64,000 nucleotides of DNA, taken from the NCBI RefSeq assembly GCF_009914755.1, contig NC_060944.1. The stretch is one strand, 5' to 3'. The position numbers and the translations under genes were made by a program. Under the pieces are notes generated by a model, which was not told where the DNA came from, searched no databases, and was given only the letters and a program-made list of their open reading frames with translations. Below are positions 28,505 through 41,885 of this stretch, piece by piece (position 1 is the first letter of the stretch; each line of letters starts with the position of its first letter). The DNA comes from the human T2T-CHM13v2.0 reference genome, Homo sapiens.

Positions 28505-30015
28505 CCAGAAGGGAAAAAAACGCAGAAGGTGAAGCACAAGTGAGCAGAAGTGCCCTCAGGATCAAGACCAACCCCACTGAGCAGGGGTGGCTGAGCCGGC
28601 CCCTACCTACCCCCACCCCCATACCCTAAACACCCTGAAGACCACTGGGTCTTCCTGCCTGAGGCCTTTGAATAGGCTATTCCCTCTACCTGACTGGCTA
28701 CCACTCCTCCGCTCCAGCCCAAAGCCCCTCTGCTCCTGGACCCTGTTCGAACAGGTCCCTAAACAATACTCGACTAGTGCCCTGGACTTTTTCTTCCACA
28801 GCTCTTGTTCCACATTTCTGCATTTATATACATACAAACATATAGAGGGTTATTTTCTGTATGATTTCATAATTGCCACCTGTCTCTCCTGCTGCAGAGA
28901 GTGAATTCAGAAGGCAGGTACCACATCTGATTTATCCTTTGTCTTCCAGTGCACCCTCAGGACCTGGCAGCCTGTGGCACAAAATTTTGCGTTCTGTAAC
29001 GATCTGCTGAATCAATGGATGACTTCGTGCCTTTTCTCCTTTGTAGGCAGAGACTGGAAAACACTGCAGCAACCTCCTGTGACTTTGTAAACCCTGGCAT
29101 GCCACACCTGAGATGGGAATTATGTCTGGTACAACAGAACGCACAGGGAAGGGGCCCAAGAAAGAGACACTGACAAAGGGGGATGCTCCCACAGAAAACA
29201 AAGGCTCCCCCAGTCCACAGAAGAAGAAGGTGGAGGAGCACTTGTTCTTTGCAGTCTGCATGGAATGAGCAAGCACTAGAGCTCAGAGGGGTCCAAAGAA
29301 GCTGAAGAGACATTTTTGGGGAAATGAAAGCACATAAAACTCCAACTTATAGACAAAATAATGAAATATGCAATTCACCGCAGTGATGAAAAGGCAGGCA
29401 AATAATAACAGGAGCCAGAGGTGTGTAGATGAGTCACAGATGATCCGTCGACAGCAGGTTATAAAAGGTTATAAAAGAGGGTGAGCCTGTGAGACTCAAG
29501 CCACAGAGGCAATATGACATTAACACTTCTGACCAGGCGACAGATGAAAACAGTATTTCAGAAAGATCATCCTGGCAGTAGCGTTCCAAGTCAACTGGAG
29601 ACAATGAAAAGACCAAGAGCAACGAGGTCAGCAAGGTAGCTACTGCAAACATCCAGGCAAAGGGAAGAGACTGGGGCTGGCTGCCAGGAGTGAGGAAAGC
29701 TGATGCCCCAGCAGCACCACCCGGGCACAGCGACAGGACCCGGGTGTCACTAGGAGAAGAAAAGGCCCATGCTACCTCTAAAGTGTCACACTCGGATTGC
29801 GTGTCCAGCATGTGTCAGGAGTTGAGAGCATGAGGGGACTACAGACAAGAACAGGCAAGCCCACGTGCCGCTTTGCTGCATGATGCTACCCTAGCTGACA
29901 TACTGAGATGCATGGAGGACAACAAGGATGGGAGGGCACGCCAGGCAAGGAGGGGGAAGGCCCTGAGCAGCCACTCAGTATCAGATGCCAAAAGACACCT
30001 AGGAGTCTGCAAAGG

Positions 30016-30458
30016 GTAGTGGGCTGAATGATGGCCCCCAAAAAGATCTGGCCGCATCACATCTCTGAAGCTGTGAATGTGACCTTCTTTGGCTCTCTGC
30101 TGATGTGATTACGGAGCTTGAGATCACCCAGAGTTACCTGGACGGGCCCTAAATACAATCACGAGTGTCCTTACAAGAGAAAGACGAGAAGAAAACACTG
30201 ACAGAAGAGGAGAGAGGCCATGTGAAGTTAGCAGCAGAGATTCAAGTGATGTGGCCACAAGCCCAAGAAGCTGGCAACCGCCAGAGACTGGAAGCAGAAG
30301 GAAAGATTCTCCCCTAGAGCACCCAGAGGGAACCCACCCTGACGACCCCCTGATGCTGCACTTCCCACCTGTGGAACTGAGAGGGAAGAAACATCTATTG
30401 TTTTATGCTACGCAGTCTGTGGTAAGTTGTTACAGCAGCTCCAGGTAATGAATCCACT
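30016..30458 (+). mobile_element. MLT1-family (MaLR) LTR, embedded in degenerate L2
   Basis: 'tagtgggctgaatgatggcccccaaaaagat...tgtgaatgtgacctt...tgtggtaagttgttacagcagc'. Confidence 0.8.
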
Positions 30459-31269
30459 GAGCAAGGGTAGCAGGGGAGAAGGCCTTCCAGGACCAGAGAA
30501 CAAACAGCACATTCTAAGGTGCAAGGTGATGAACTCTGGGGCCAAATACTCTGAAGAAGTAGGACAAGTTCCAGATGGCAGAATGGGAGGATGAAGGGCA
30601 AGTGAGGTCAGGCCAGGAAAAGCATGCCCGATCCCACTAGGACCTCTGGTGACCACTCCAGGTGCAATGGGAGCCCCCAAGGGTTTAACAGCAGAGGACC
30701 AACACAATCACACCTGGCTTCAGTGAGGGTGACAGTCTGGAAACCTAAAGTGGTTCTGACAAGAGAGAGCAGGTGAGGGGCTCCTGGGCCACTACAGGCT
30801 TTCATGAGGCATGATGTCAGGGCAGGGGACAGAAAGAAGAGGGCAGGTGTGACAGACACTGCTACAGAGAGCTGAGAATGACTACACAGGATAATCACAG
30901 AAGTCAGAGCAAGATGGAGGATAGAGAGACTAGGGCGGGACGCTAGAGTCTCTAAACTCTATGGGATTCGCTGGACATCTAGACAGAGCCATCCAGTAGG
31001 CTGTGGCGATGGAGGGCGGTGATTCACAGACTCCAGAGACCTGGGTGAGAGACAGCAGTCTAGTGTTCAGTTGTGTGTAGAGTCTCCCTAGGGCCACAGC
31101 AGCAGACAAGGCCATGAAGGGAACCCTGATATCATAAGAAAAGGAAGACCAAAGATAATACCCTAGAGATGAAACAGCAACTCTTAGGGGCAGGAGAGGA
31201 TTGGGCTAATGATGGAGATTGGGGAAGACACAGACAAGAAGTGCGGGCAGAGGCAGGGAGGAGGCCTGG

Positions 31270-31530
31270 AGCTCAAGAGCTAACACGGCAGTGGGTACAG
31301 GCTCCGGCTGTGGGGTCTGAATGCTGAGCCCCCATCTGGATCCTCCAAGTGACTAGCTGAGTCATCTTGGCCAAGTGACTTGGCCTCTCTCAGCCTCAGT
31401 TTCCCATCCATAAAACTGGATAATCATAGTATCTATCTCATAAGTTTGTTGTGGGGATGAAAGGAGCGACAGGCTTCCGATGGTGTCTGGGACATGGCAT
31501 GCACTAAATGAATACTGGCTGGTACTGTTA
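31270..31530. mobile_element. MIR
   Basis: MIR core 'gtcatcttggccaagtgacttggcctctctcagcctcagtttcccatc.ataaaa'. Confidence 0.75.
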
Positions 31531-34500
31531 GTACAACCATGATTATTGGAAGCCAAAGGAGACAAATATTTAGAGGATCCCAGCAAGGGGTGTGTCCAGT
31601 TACCTTTGCATCCCACTGTCTGGGGTGAAGCAACACTAAATGCCTAGTGGGATCCAGTAAAGGTCTGTGCAAACACTCAAAACTGGTCAACAGTGACAAA
31701 TGGTGCAAATGGGTCAAACAAAGAAAAAAAGTCAGTGAGTAGATTAAGAAATTGTGGGAGAAATATAAATACTATATAGCAGCTAAAATGAAATACAAAT
31801 ACTATAAAGCAGGTAAAAAGAATGACCAGCAGCTATCCCAATCAATGTGGAGGGGTCTAAGACACAAAGGAGTCACGCAATCGGCAGAATGGAATACACG
31901 TCCAATGATGCCATCTATGCAAGCTTTCAAGCTCCCAAACAAGACACTCTCTTATTCAGGGGCCACCTACACAAGTGGTGTGAGTGTGAAAACCTGGTGA
32001 GAAGGTCTCATGCCAGGCTCAGGAAGGGGAGGGAGGGAGAAGAATGGGATGGAGGAGGGGTACAGAGAAGCTGCCACCGTATCTGTAACCTCTAAATAAA
32101 AAATAAAAGGATATGCAGAAAATTGCAAAATGTTAACATTTGTTGAATATGAATGGTAGGTATATGGGTGTTTATTACACAATGCTGTCTTGTGTGATTA
32201 AAAATCTCATAACATTTTAAACACTGAACTATTAAAAAAAAAAAAAAGCACTGGATTTTACAATGAGCAGATTCACTGAGTCCGTGGCAAGATACCTATC
32301 TACCAGCTTCCAGAAAGCATCAGCTGCCGCACGAGGAGCTAGTGCCAGAAGAAGAGCCCAGAGGTAGAGGCAGTGGAGGTTCCTCTCTGAAAAAGCTTGA
32401 CAGTAGGAGAAGGAGTGGGCCACAAGCTCTGAGTCAAGGCCAGGGAACGGAGAGAGCAGGGAGACTGAGGACTGATTATAATCAAACAAGAAACCAATGA
32501 GAGAGCTGGAAAAATAAGCAAGCTCTGAGACAACAGGATGGGACCACAGAGAGAAACTAAGACATGAGACTTAAAAAGGGGGTGGGACATCCCTTCCTGT
32601 AAGACAGAGGGGAGGAGCTCAGGACCACTGAAGAAATCTGCCTACATTATCAAACGGCATGTGCAGCTGATTCAGTTCTACAAATCTTTACTGAAACTAC
32701 CAGGTGCCAGACCCTGTGCTAGGTCACGGAAGCCAACAAAATACAATCCTCGGCTCTCACTCAAGAAGGGGAGAGACACTTTGGCTTACAACATCTAGAA
32801 GAGCCTCCACAGCCCCATAGCATGCAACAGGCAGCCTCATGAAACCAGACATCCAGCCTCCTGCCTTCTCCAGCTGCTACTCAGCACCCACAACCACACC
32901 TCTCTGCTTAACTAGCAACTCACCCATACTTCACAGTGGGGGTGAACAAGAGGAAAGGAGATAAGCCAAGCTAGCCTGGAGCACAGCCCTGGAGCACAGC
33001 GACAACTCAAAAAAGGGGTGCTGTGAGTGGCAGCAGTAGTCCTTGCAATAGCACTGATATTACCCCCAACGTTGTGAATTTCATGCCTCACACGTTCGGT
33101 GACCATGAAGAGTACCTGCTGATGAACAGAGAAGGGCCAGCTGGCCTGAGATGCAGACGCTAGCTGGAACCTAGCACACCCATCCCATCCCCACATGCAC
33201 GAGAATCTTCGTCTTTGCCGAATTAAGAATCCTAATCGGGGACCTTTGGGTGTTTTCAGGGGCCCCCACTGTGGATGTCGGAAAGAGTCAGCATCTGTTA
33301 AAGGAAGACAGAGACTGACAGAAGAGAGGAGGGGGCATTTGGGAAGGGCAAGAAGGTCAGAATCATAAGGACAGAGGGGACAGGCAGATGCCAGCAGAGT
33401 CAAGGGCAGAAAGGGACAGGTGCCCAGGAAGGAGTCTGGGCTGTGCCTCAGGGAACAAGAGGTCAGCGAGAAAGAACTTCAGCACTTTTCTGTGTTTACT
33501 AAGGGTGGGAATGAAGAGGAGCGGGTGCCCTCAAGGGGTTAGGTACTTTTGATGGAAACAAAGGAGACAGGGCTTGGCTCTAGCTGGATGGAGGAGGTGA
33601 GGGGAGAGGATTTCGTCAGTTCCTGGGTGGCGGCTCTGGGGAGTGTGTGAAGTAGGTGGTGGTTCCCTGCATGGAGATAGGGGATGAAGATTGAAGGCCT
33701 CTATTTGCTCTGAGTAAAAGGCAAGGTCATCTGCTTGGCGCGAGGCAGGCAGAGGGGAGAGGCCTGATGAAATGGCGAAGGTCTAAGAGAACTGCCAAGG
33801 ATAATGGGAAATGCAGCTGATGAGGGACAAGGGAAAGGACTGCCAAGCAATGCTGCAAGCCCAGCCACGACTGGAACCCATCAATTTGCAACGGCACCAA
33901 TCAGTGCATGACAGGACTCCCTCCACCAAGCTCGGCCACAAGCAGTGGAGGACACTGAAGGGCTGGGGAGGACAGGCAAAGCCAGCGTGGCAGAAGCACC
34001 ATCAAAAGGACAAGTAAATAGAGGGTGATGGCAGGGACAGGCCTGAAAGGGTGGGACAAGAGAGGGAGCCGCTGAGGAACAACAGGAAGTAAATGCAGGC
34101 AGGAAATAGAGGCTGCAGAGCCAGAGGCCTGTGGGGGCAGGAAGGCCCACGGCAGGGGAGCAAAAAAAGGAGGGCAAGCTGTGTTTGTAGTGGAAGTGGG
34201 AGTGCAGAGGTGCGGCAGATCTGCACACACTGGGAAGCTGGGTGCGGACACATTGGGAAGCTGGGTGCACACACAGCTCGGGCTGACCATCGGAGTGCCT
34301 GCTCTCGACCAAGAATATGACTCTTCAGCAAACACAGACTGAGTGTCAGGCACCATGCTAGATTCTGGAGTCAAAACCACGCTTCCTGCCTCGGCTCTTC
34401 TGGAAGAGAAGATACAGCAATGCTACTGGACAAAGGTCAAGAAATGTCAAATCCCCTGACTCAGTGTAATCTCATTTTCAAGAATGAATCCAAAGGAAAA

Positions 34501-34553
34501 AGAAAAGTCAATGAAAGGACAAAACCACATCCTTTCCGATGTTCACTGCATCT

Positions 34554-34557
<4 letters not shown>

Positions 34558-34584
<27 letters not shown>
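34558..34584. repeat. (CA)n microsatellite
   Basis: About 13 CA units. Confidence 0.9.
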
Positions 34585-34588
<4 letters not shown>

Positions 34589-34658
34589 CCTGAACGAAAT
34601 CCAAGTATTCAACAAAATTAAAAATATGACAATTATGAGGAAAGTGTTTTACTGCGTC

Positions 34659-34725
34659 TGTAACAAACCTGCACGTTGTGCAGATGTACCCTGGAACTTA
34701 AAGTATAATTTAAAAAAAAAAAAAG
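34659..34725 (+). mobile_element. extremely 5'-truncated L1PA 3' terminus with poly(A)
   Basis: TGTAACAAACCTGCACGTTGTGCAGATGTACCCTGGAACTTAAAGTATAAT followed by an A-run. Confidence 0.8.
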
Positions 34726-35729
34726 AATAAGTACTATAACAGTTTGAAACATATCTACTATGTTAAAATGTGGGAGTTCCTAACAATACTCAAAAAAATT
34801 TTTAAAACCTAACTGGTAACCTTTGTAGATTATTAAAACGCCAACGATGATCCTGGAAACTGGTAAATAAAGGGATAAAATAAAGCATTTATTCTATCTT
34901 CCCTATTCAAACAGGTTTTCAGGGCTATCAAATAGTTGATAGAGGAAACCTTTACAGAAGAACTCTAGCTATTAAACTAAAAAGAGATGTTGGAATTAGT
35001 GTGTCAGAATTTACAGCCTCTAATGAGATACTGGATCAGGGCAACCATCACCAATGGTTGCTCATACGATGATGGAGAACTTTATAGAAGTTTGGCCACC
35101 TTTACAGAAAAGGTGGCCAAATTCAGCATTAGGAAAAGATAACCATCCAGAGCTTTTCTGCCCCCGATTTGATATAGCAGGAAAACACAAACCATCTACA
35201 AAGTATTCTCACTAAATAAAAAATCTGAGTCTGGCTGAGCTTCCAACTTAGCTACTAGTTTATAAGAAATGCCTGGAGTAGAGCAACATCTTAACACTAC
35301 AGAGATGCAATAAACCATATCCCAAATGTGGGAAATTCTATAAAACTAATGACCTGGCTTCCTCAACAAATAAATAGCAAGGGAAAAAAGTGGGGAGGAG
35401 CAACATTATAAATTTTAAAAGATCTAAGAGACATATATCACTTAGATTCAATGTGTGGACATTGTTTGTATTCTGGTTTGAACGGCCTCTGCGCAAAAAC
35501 ACACACTTATGAGAAAACTGGGAAATTTGACCAATGACTAGATATTAGATGACATTAGATAACTACTGATAATTTTTATATTTGCATTAATGATACTATC
35601 GTTTTTTTTTAAAAGAGTCTATTTCTTAGAGAACAATACTAAAAGTATTTACAGCTGAAATGAGATGGTTTCTGCAAATTCTTTTGTCTGGATTGGATTT
35701 TATCTCGGTAAGATAAATGAAAAAATTAA

Positions 35730-36146
<417 letters not shown>

Positions 36147-36344
36147 TAAAGAAAAAAAGAAATATTTCATGATAAGAATGAGTGCTGTCTATCTTCCTAC
36201 ATGACTAGAGGAACTGGACACAAATAGACCTTTTGTTCTAGAATCACTTAACTCTAAGAAGTTGTTTTTTGTAGTATGAATATCAGCTAAAACAAGACTA
36301 AAGAGAATTTGCTAAAGAGATCTTAAGGTTATAATTTTTCAAAC

Positions 36345-36487
36345 CTGATTGTTTGGATCTGTGAGGTACCTCACTACAATAGGTATGAGATATTCAGAGA
36401 GCACCACTGGAAAATTTGATCTGTTTTCTTGTAAAAAAATGGCAATAGGAGGAATCTGTTCCATCAGCTCAGTCCGCACTGTGGGCT
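36345..36487 (-). pseudogene. PPP4R1L: exon (exon 5-equivalent), 143 nt
   Basis: TGCAG|AG CCC...CAG|GTTTGA; EPTVRTELMEQIPPIAIFLQENRSNFPVVLSEYLIPIVVRYLTDPNNQ (absent from the supplied ORF track). Confidence 0.92.
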
Positions 36488-37750
36488 CTGCAGCAATAAA
36501 AAATTTAAAAAAATTATATTAAGAATAAGCCAAGCATCTTAGATAGTATATACTGATAGTTTCTAGCTTTTCTTACTAAAATACTTCATCAAGGAAATTA
36601 GACAAATGCAGTTTAAAAATCATTTCCCATTTAGAGTATTTATGCTACAGACAGGCTTAAAAAGCTAATGAGCTATACAGCAATATAAAAACATAAAAAG
36701 AAGAGAGAATGACAACTCTATTATAACAAGCCATATATAAATTTGAGGAGGGAGCAAGAAGTCTGCATGCTGGGCCAGCATCCAAAAGCCATTACAACTA
36801 ATGCCTTATCTGCCAGACCTATGGGTTGTGCTTATTTAAATTCTAGCCAGAATGTATACATTATAAATAATTCTTTCATAAATGCACTCCGCCACAATCC
36901 ACGCATCCCAATTATTTCTAAGGCAAAGCATTAAACAAAAGAGCGGCTCTAGCTCCAATATACCACATTAAATTTAACACAAATGTATAATTGCTACAGC
37001 ACTGTAAACGGTGACTCATTTACAAAGAGAATCCATTTAAAGACTCAAAACATCCACTTGGGCGTTTTTAAAAGCATTGCGTTATATTCATATAAATATT
37101 TTGAACTAATGTGGGAGCTATATGGAAGGCTTATTTTTCTATTTTCAGTTAAAATGATTAAACTCTAAAGGCTGAGAGTCCTGAAACTTTCTGAAGCTTC
37201 TCATGATTCATTCTGAATGCAGGAAGGAGGGGGCTGTGGCACAGCTGTCAGTACCGGCCAGCCCCGCCACTCATTCATCTAACTCATCTTTACTGGGGCG
37301 GGGGGGAAGACAACATCATCATATCTGCTGTACAGCAACGTGCTTTTCTTCCACGATACCAATCATGGAGAGGTAGAATGAGAAAGAAAAATCAAGATTC
37401 GCCTAGAGGGAAACTAATGACTGAGATTTTCGAACCCAAGAGGCTTCTTTTGATTTGGCATTTCTTAGCAACCAGTAGTCTGGCAAAACTCAAGAAATAC
37501 CAAAGGCCTAACTGCCAAGGCAAACAGCATTCGTAGCCATTAATCATTTTAATTTTCTAAATATAAGAAAATTTCAGTCAAAATTCAAATAAGACATACA
37601 TTCTTCAAGACAAAATCCATTCATGGTTAGAAACTGCTTAAAGGTTATTGATTAATAAACAGGTTTTTTAAAAAATAGCTATTACTGGTTATACATAATT
37701 TCTTAGAAATTCATAAGTAAAAAATAAAATTATACAATCCTTATACAAAC

Positions 37751-37857
37751 CTGCATCTTCTGACAATCTGACTACAATCTCCATTACCGTGAGGAAGTCT
37801 TCTTCATTGTTACCGAAGTCCCGGAAGATATCAAGCAGCCCTCTGGCAATAATCTGC
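37751..37857 (-). pseudogene. PPP4R1L: exon (exon 4-equivalent), 107 nt
   Basis: CATAG|G CAG...GCA G|GTTTGT; QIIARGLLDIFRDFGNNEEDFLTVMEIVVRLSEDA. Confidence 0.92.
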
Positions 37858-40589
37858 CTATGGAGACAAAAACAATGCATATGGTTATTGGGGCCACATT
37901 GACTGAAGGACCACAAGGTTCCAGGCATTGCGCTAAGAGCAGGTAAGTGCACCTGGGCACAAGACAAAATGAGCAACCTGTGTCCAGAAGGAGGACGGAG
38001 GCTACCCAGGAATGCCCAGCGACGGCCATTCCAGCATGGGCCACAGTCCTACAGGAAAGGAGGCCTGCATCTTCTAGTCTGGTAGTCATCAGAGTTTGAA
38101 AATGTCCACTTGAGAATAAGGCAAAACCTTTTTCTCATTTTTTGGCTGGTTCCTCAGGCCTACATAGGCTTAGAAGAAAAGCTCAAGACAGTTGAAGGCA
38201 ACTAAGGGACCAATAAATGCAGAAGAGAAAGGCCCAAAGAGGCATCTGATGGCCTCTTAATGACTGAATGAGTAAGTGCCAACTAGAAATTCTGCAGAAA
38301 TTCTCTTGGAAAGCCTTGAGAGAATTTTTAAAATTCCGTTATTTCTCCACATTTATTATTTTTACTTTCCTATCTCCCTGTGCTGATTAACCATAAAACC
38401 TGTAAAATGAGAAGGAGCTACAGATGTTTATTTTGAGGGCAGCAAGGGAAGGAGGAGCTGGGGACACTGCATCCCACTATAGGCAGAACTGGTCAAGAGA
38501 ACCAAGATAGAGTCAGAAGTGGCAACTACCAAAAGGAAAGAGAAATCATTGCAGTCCACTGGCCTGAGCAATGTACAGGAGAACAGTTAAGTCAGCCCGA
38601 GACTGAGGAACAGGCCAAGACTCAACTCAGAAAAGTCTCACCACAAGATGGCAAGCAACAGAGGAATGATGTGCACTATGGCATTCTACACAGAGGAAGC
38701 TATGGCCATGGGGGGAGACAATGTGATTGTCATTGCAGGACCAAGTGATGTTGTCCCATCATAAGCATGATCTGAGCTAGAGCTACAAAAGGCCTACTGA
38801 GGAGACACGTCAAAGATCTCTGCAACAGCTAATTCCATCAGTATACTGATCAATGGAGCAGGCGGGGGGCAGGGGTACCCTAAGGTGTGGGGCCTTCCCA
38901 AAGAGTGGACCCACAAGCCCAGGAGGCCACTGTGAACTGTGGACCATCCAAAGACAAGAAATTAAAAAAGAATAAAGACTCTTTTAGACATTCAAAAAAT
39001 CTATCACCAGCAGATCTGAACTATAAGAAATGATAAAGAAAATCCGATGGAAATGTGAATCTGTAGAAAGGAATAAAGAACACCAGAAGTGATAACTACA
39101 TGCATAGATACACAAACTTTTATGTTATTATTTAAATCTCTTTCAGAAATAATTGACTAAGTTAAAAATAACACTTTATTATTATTGTGGATTTATAACA
39201 CATATATAATAAAATGCATGACGAAATCACATAAAGACCAGGAGAGGGGAAACGAAGGCATACTATGATAAGTTCCTTACACTATACATGAAGTGGTAAA
39301 ATACCACTGGAAGGTAGGCCATGGTAAGTTAAATATACATACTATAAATGCTAAGGCAACCACTAAAATAAAAAAAATGAATTATAACTAATAAACTATT
39401 TAAAAAGCAAACTAAAATCACAAAGAAGTTCAATTAACTCAAGAGAAAGCAGACAAAGAACAAAAAGGGAACAAAACAGATGTGACAAATAGAAAACAAA
39501 CAGCAAGATGATATACTTAAACCTAACTGCATCAATAATTACATTAAATGTAAATGGTCTAAACATTGCAATTAGAAAAAGATTAACAGAATGGATAAAA
39601 AAAAAGAAGACCCAACTACATATTACTTATAAGAAACACATGTTAAATATACAGATGCAAATAAATAATAAAAGATGAATATATTATGCTAACAATAGTC
39701 CAAAGAAAGCTGGAGTAGCTATATTAATATCAGACAAAACAGATTTTGGAGCAAAGAACATCACCAAGGGAAAAGAGGTCATTTCATAATGATAAAGGGG
39801 TAAACTCATGAAGAAGACATAATTATCTCAAATGTTTATATGCCTAATAACAGAGTTTCAAAATACATGCAGCAAAAACCAATACAACTGCAAGGAGAAA
39901 TAGACAAAAGTAAATGTCGAAGTCCAGAAACAAACCCACACATATACCAAGTAATTTTTTTTTTTTTACAAAGGTGAACAGGGAAAGTCTTCAAAAAGTG
40001 GTGCTAGAATAAATAGCCATATGGGGGGAAAAAAAATTGACTCTTATTTCATACCATAAACCAAAATTAATTCAAAATGGACCCATAGATGTAATGTAAG
40101 AACTAAAACATAAAACTTCTTGAAGAGAAAAAAAAATCTTTGTGACCTTAGGTTAGACAAAGATTTCTGAGGAGCCAAAGTATACAAACCATAAAAGAAA
40201 AAAATTGATAAATTTGACTTCATCAAAATTTAAAACTTTGCTCCCTAAACCACACCACTGAGAAAATAAAAATCATGAGCCACAGACTGGAGAAAATATC
40301 TGACCAAAACTGGTATCCAGAATATATAAATAATCCTTGTACTCTTATAACTCCATAATAAGCAGACAAACAGCCCAATTAAAAGAATAAGTGTTCATAA
40401 ATGAGCCCAGCACATTATTAATACTAATAACCGAAAGATGGAAACAACCTAAATATCTGTCAACTGAGGAGTGAATAATCAAAATACTACGTATCCATTC
40501 AATGGAGCATTATTAAAGGAATGAGGTACTGATGCATACTACTACAACATGATGTAGCTTTTTTTAAAAAAAAAAAAAAAAAAAAACAA

Positions 40590-40673
40590 CACAGGGTCTC
40601 ACTCTGTCACCCAGGCTAGAATGCAGTGGCACGATCATAGCTCAATGCAGCCTTGAACTCCTAGGCTCAAGTG
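40590..40673 (-). mobile_element. Alu right-arm fragment (AluJ-like)
   Basis: acagggtctcactctgtcacccaggctag...ctcaagtga. Confidence 0.75.
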
Positions 40674-41114
40674 AAACATGGATGAATACTGAAAACAGCA
40701 TGCTAAGTGAATGAAGTCAGTCACAAAAGACGACATACTGTATGATTACATTTCTATAAAATGCCTGGAATAGGCAAATCAATGAAGACACAAAGTAAAA
40801 GAGTGGTTGCCTAGGGCTGGGAGATTGGAGAGGAATGGGTAGTGGTTGCTAATGGGAACCAGGTTTCTTATTGAGGTGATAAAAATGTTTTAAAATTCAT
40901 TGTGGCAATGTTGCACAACTCTGTGAATATTACTACAAACCATCAACTTGTACACTTTAAAGTGGTGAAACGTACGACATGTAAACTAAATCTCAATAAA
41001 GTTGTTTTATTCTTTTAAAAAGCAAAAGATTTTAACAACTTCACAAAAGAAAATGTACAAACAGCCAAGAAATACAAGAAAAAAATTCTCAACATCTTCA
41101 GAAAACTACAAATC

Positions 41115-41412
41115 AGCCAGGCACAGTGGCTAACACCTGTGATCCCAGCACTTTGGGAGGCCAAGGCAGGCAGATTGCTTGAACCCATGAGTTTGAGACC
41201 AGCCTAGGCAACATGGTGAAACCCCGTCTCTACAAAAAATACAAAACTTGGCCAGGCATAGTGGCACACACCTGTAGTCCCAGCTACTCAGGAGCGTTGG
41301 GGTGGGAGGATCACTTGAACCCAGAAGACAGAGGTTGCAGGGAGCTGAGATCGCACCACTGCACTCCAGCCTGGGTGACAGAGCGAGACCCTATCACACA
41401 CACAAAAAAAAA
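41115..41412 (+). mobile_element. Alu (AluJ/S-like)
   Basis: Full dimeric Alu with short A tail. Confidence 0.92.
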
Positions 41413-41657
41413 CCTGTCAAGATCATGAAAGACAAGGATAGAACAAGAAACCATCACAGACGGAGGAGCCTCAGGAGACATGGCAACTGTAAATGTAATG
41501 TAGTACCCTGATGGGATCCTGGAGCAGAAAAAGAACATTAATGGAAAAATGCAGAATCCAAGTCAAATCTGTAATTTAGTTAACAGTACACCAATGCCAA
41601 TGTTATTTTCTTAGTTTTGATCAATGTCACATGCTTATTTAAGCCGTAAACATTAGA

Positions 41658-41885
41658 GCAGTTTCCTGACCTCAGCGTTACTGGTATTTTGGAGCAGGTA
41701 AGTCTTTGTTGGTGGGGGCGGGGGGGGGGGGGGCTGTCTGGGGCACGGCAGGAGGTTTAGCAGTGTCCCTGGCTTCCACCCACCAGCAGCACCCTCTGTG
41801 CCCCAAGATGTGACAACCAAAAACGTATCTACACATTGTATAAGATCCTTTGGGGGCAAAATTACCCATAATTGAAAGCCACTGC
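41658..41885. mobile_element. MER20 (hAT DNA transposon)
   Basis: 'cagtttcctgacctcagc...ggtttagcagtgtccctggc...tgtgacaaccaaaaa...gggggcaaaattaccc...gaaagccactg'. Confidence 0.8.

Noticed and set aside
32912-34380. Several 110-160 aa overlapping ORFs, including a short tandem duplication at about 34226-34270
   Set aside because: Purine-rich decayed repeat sequence with no domain similarity or splice-consistent structure
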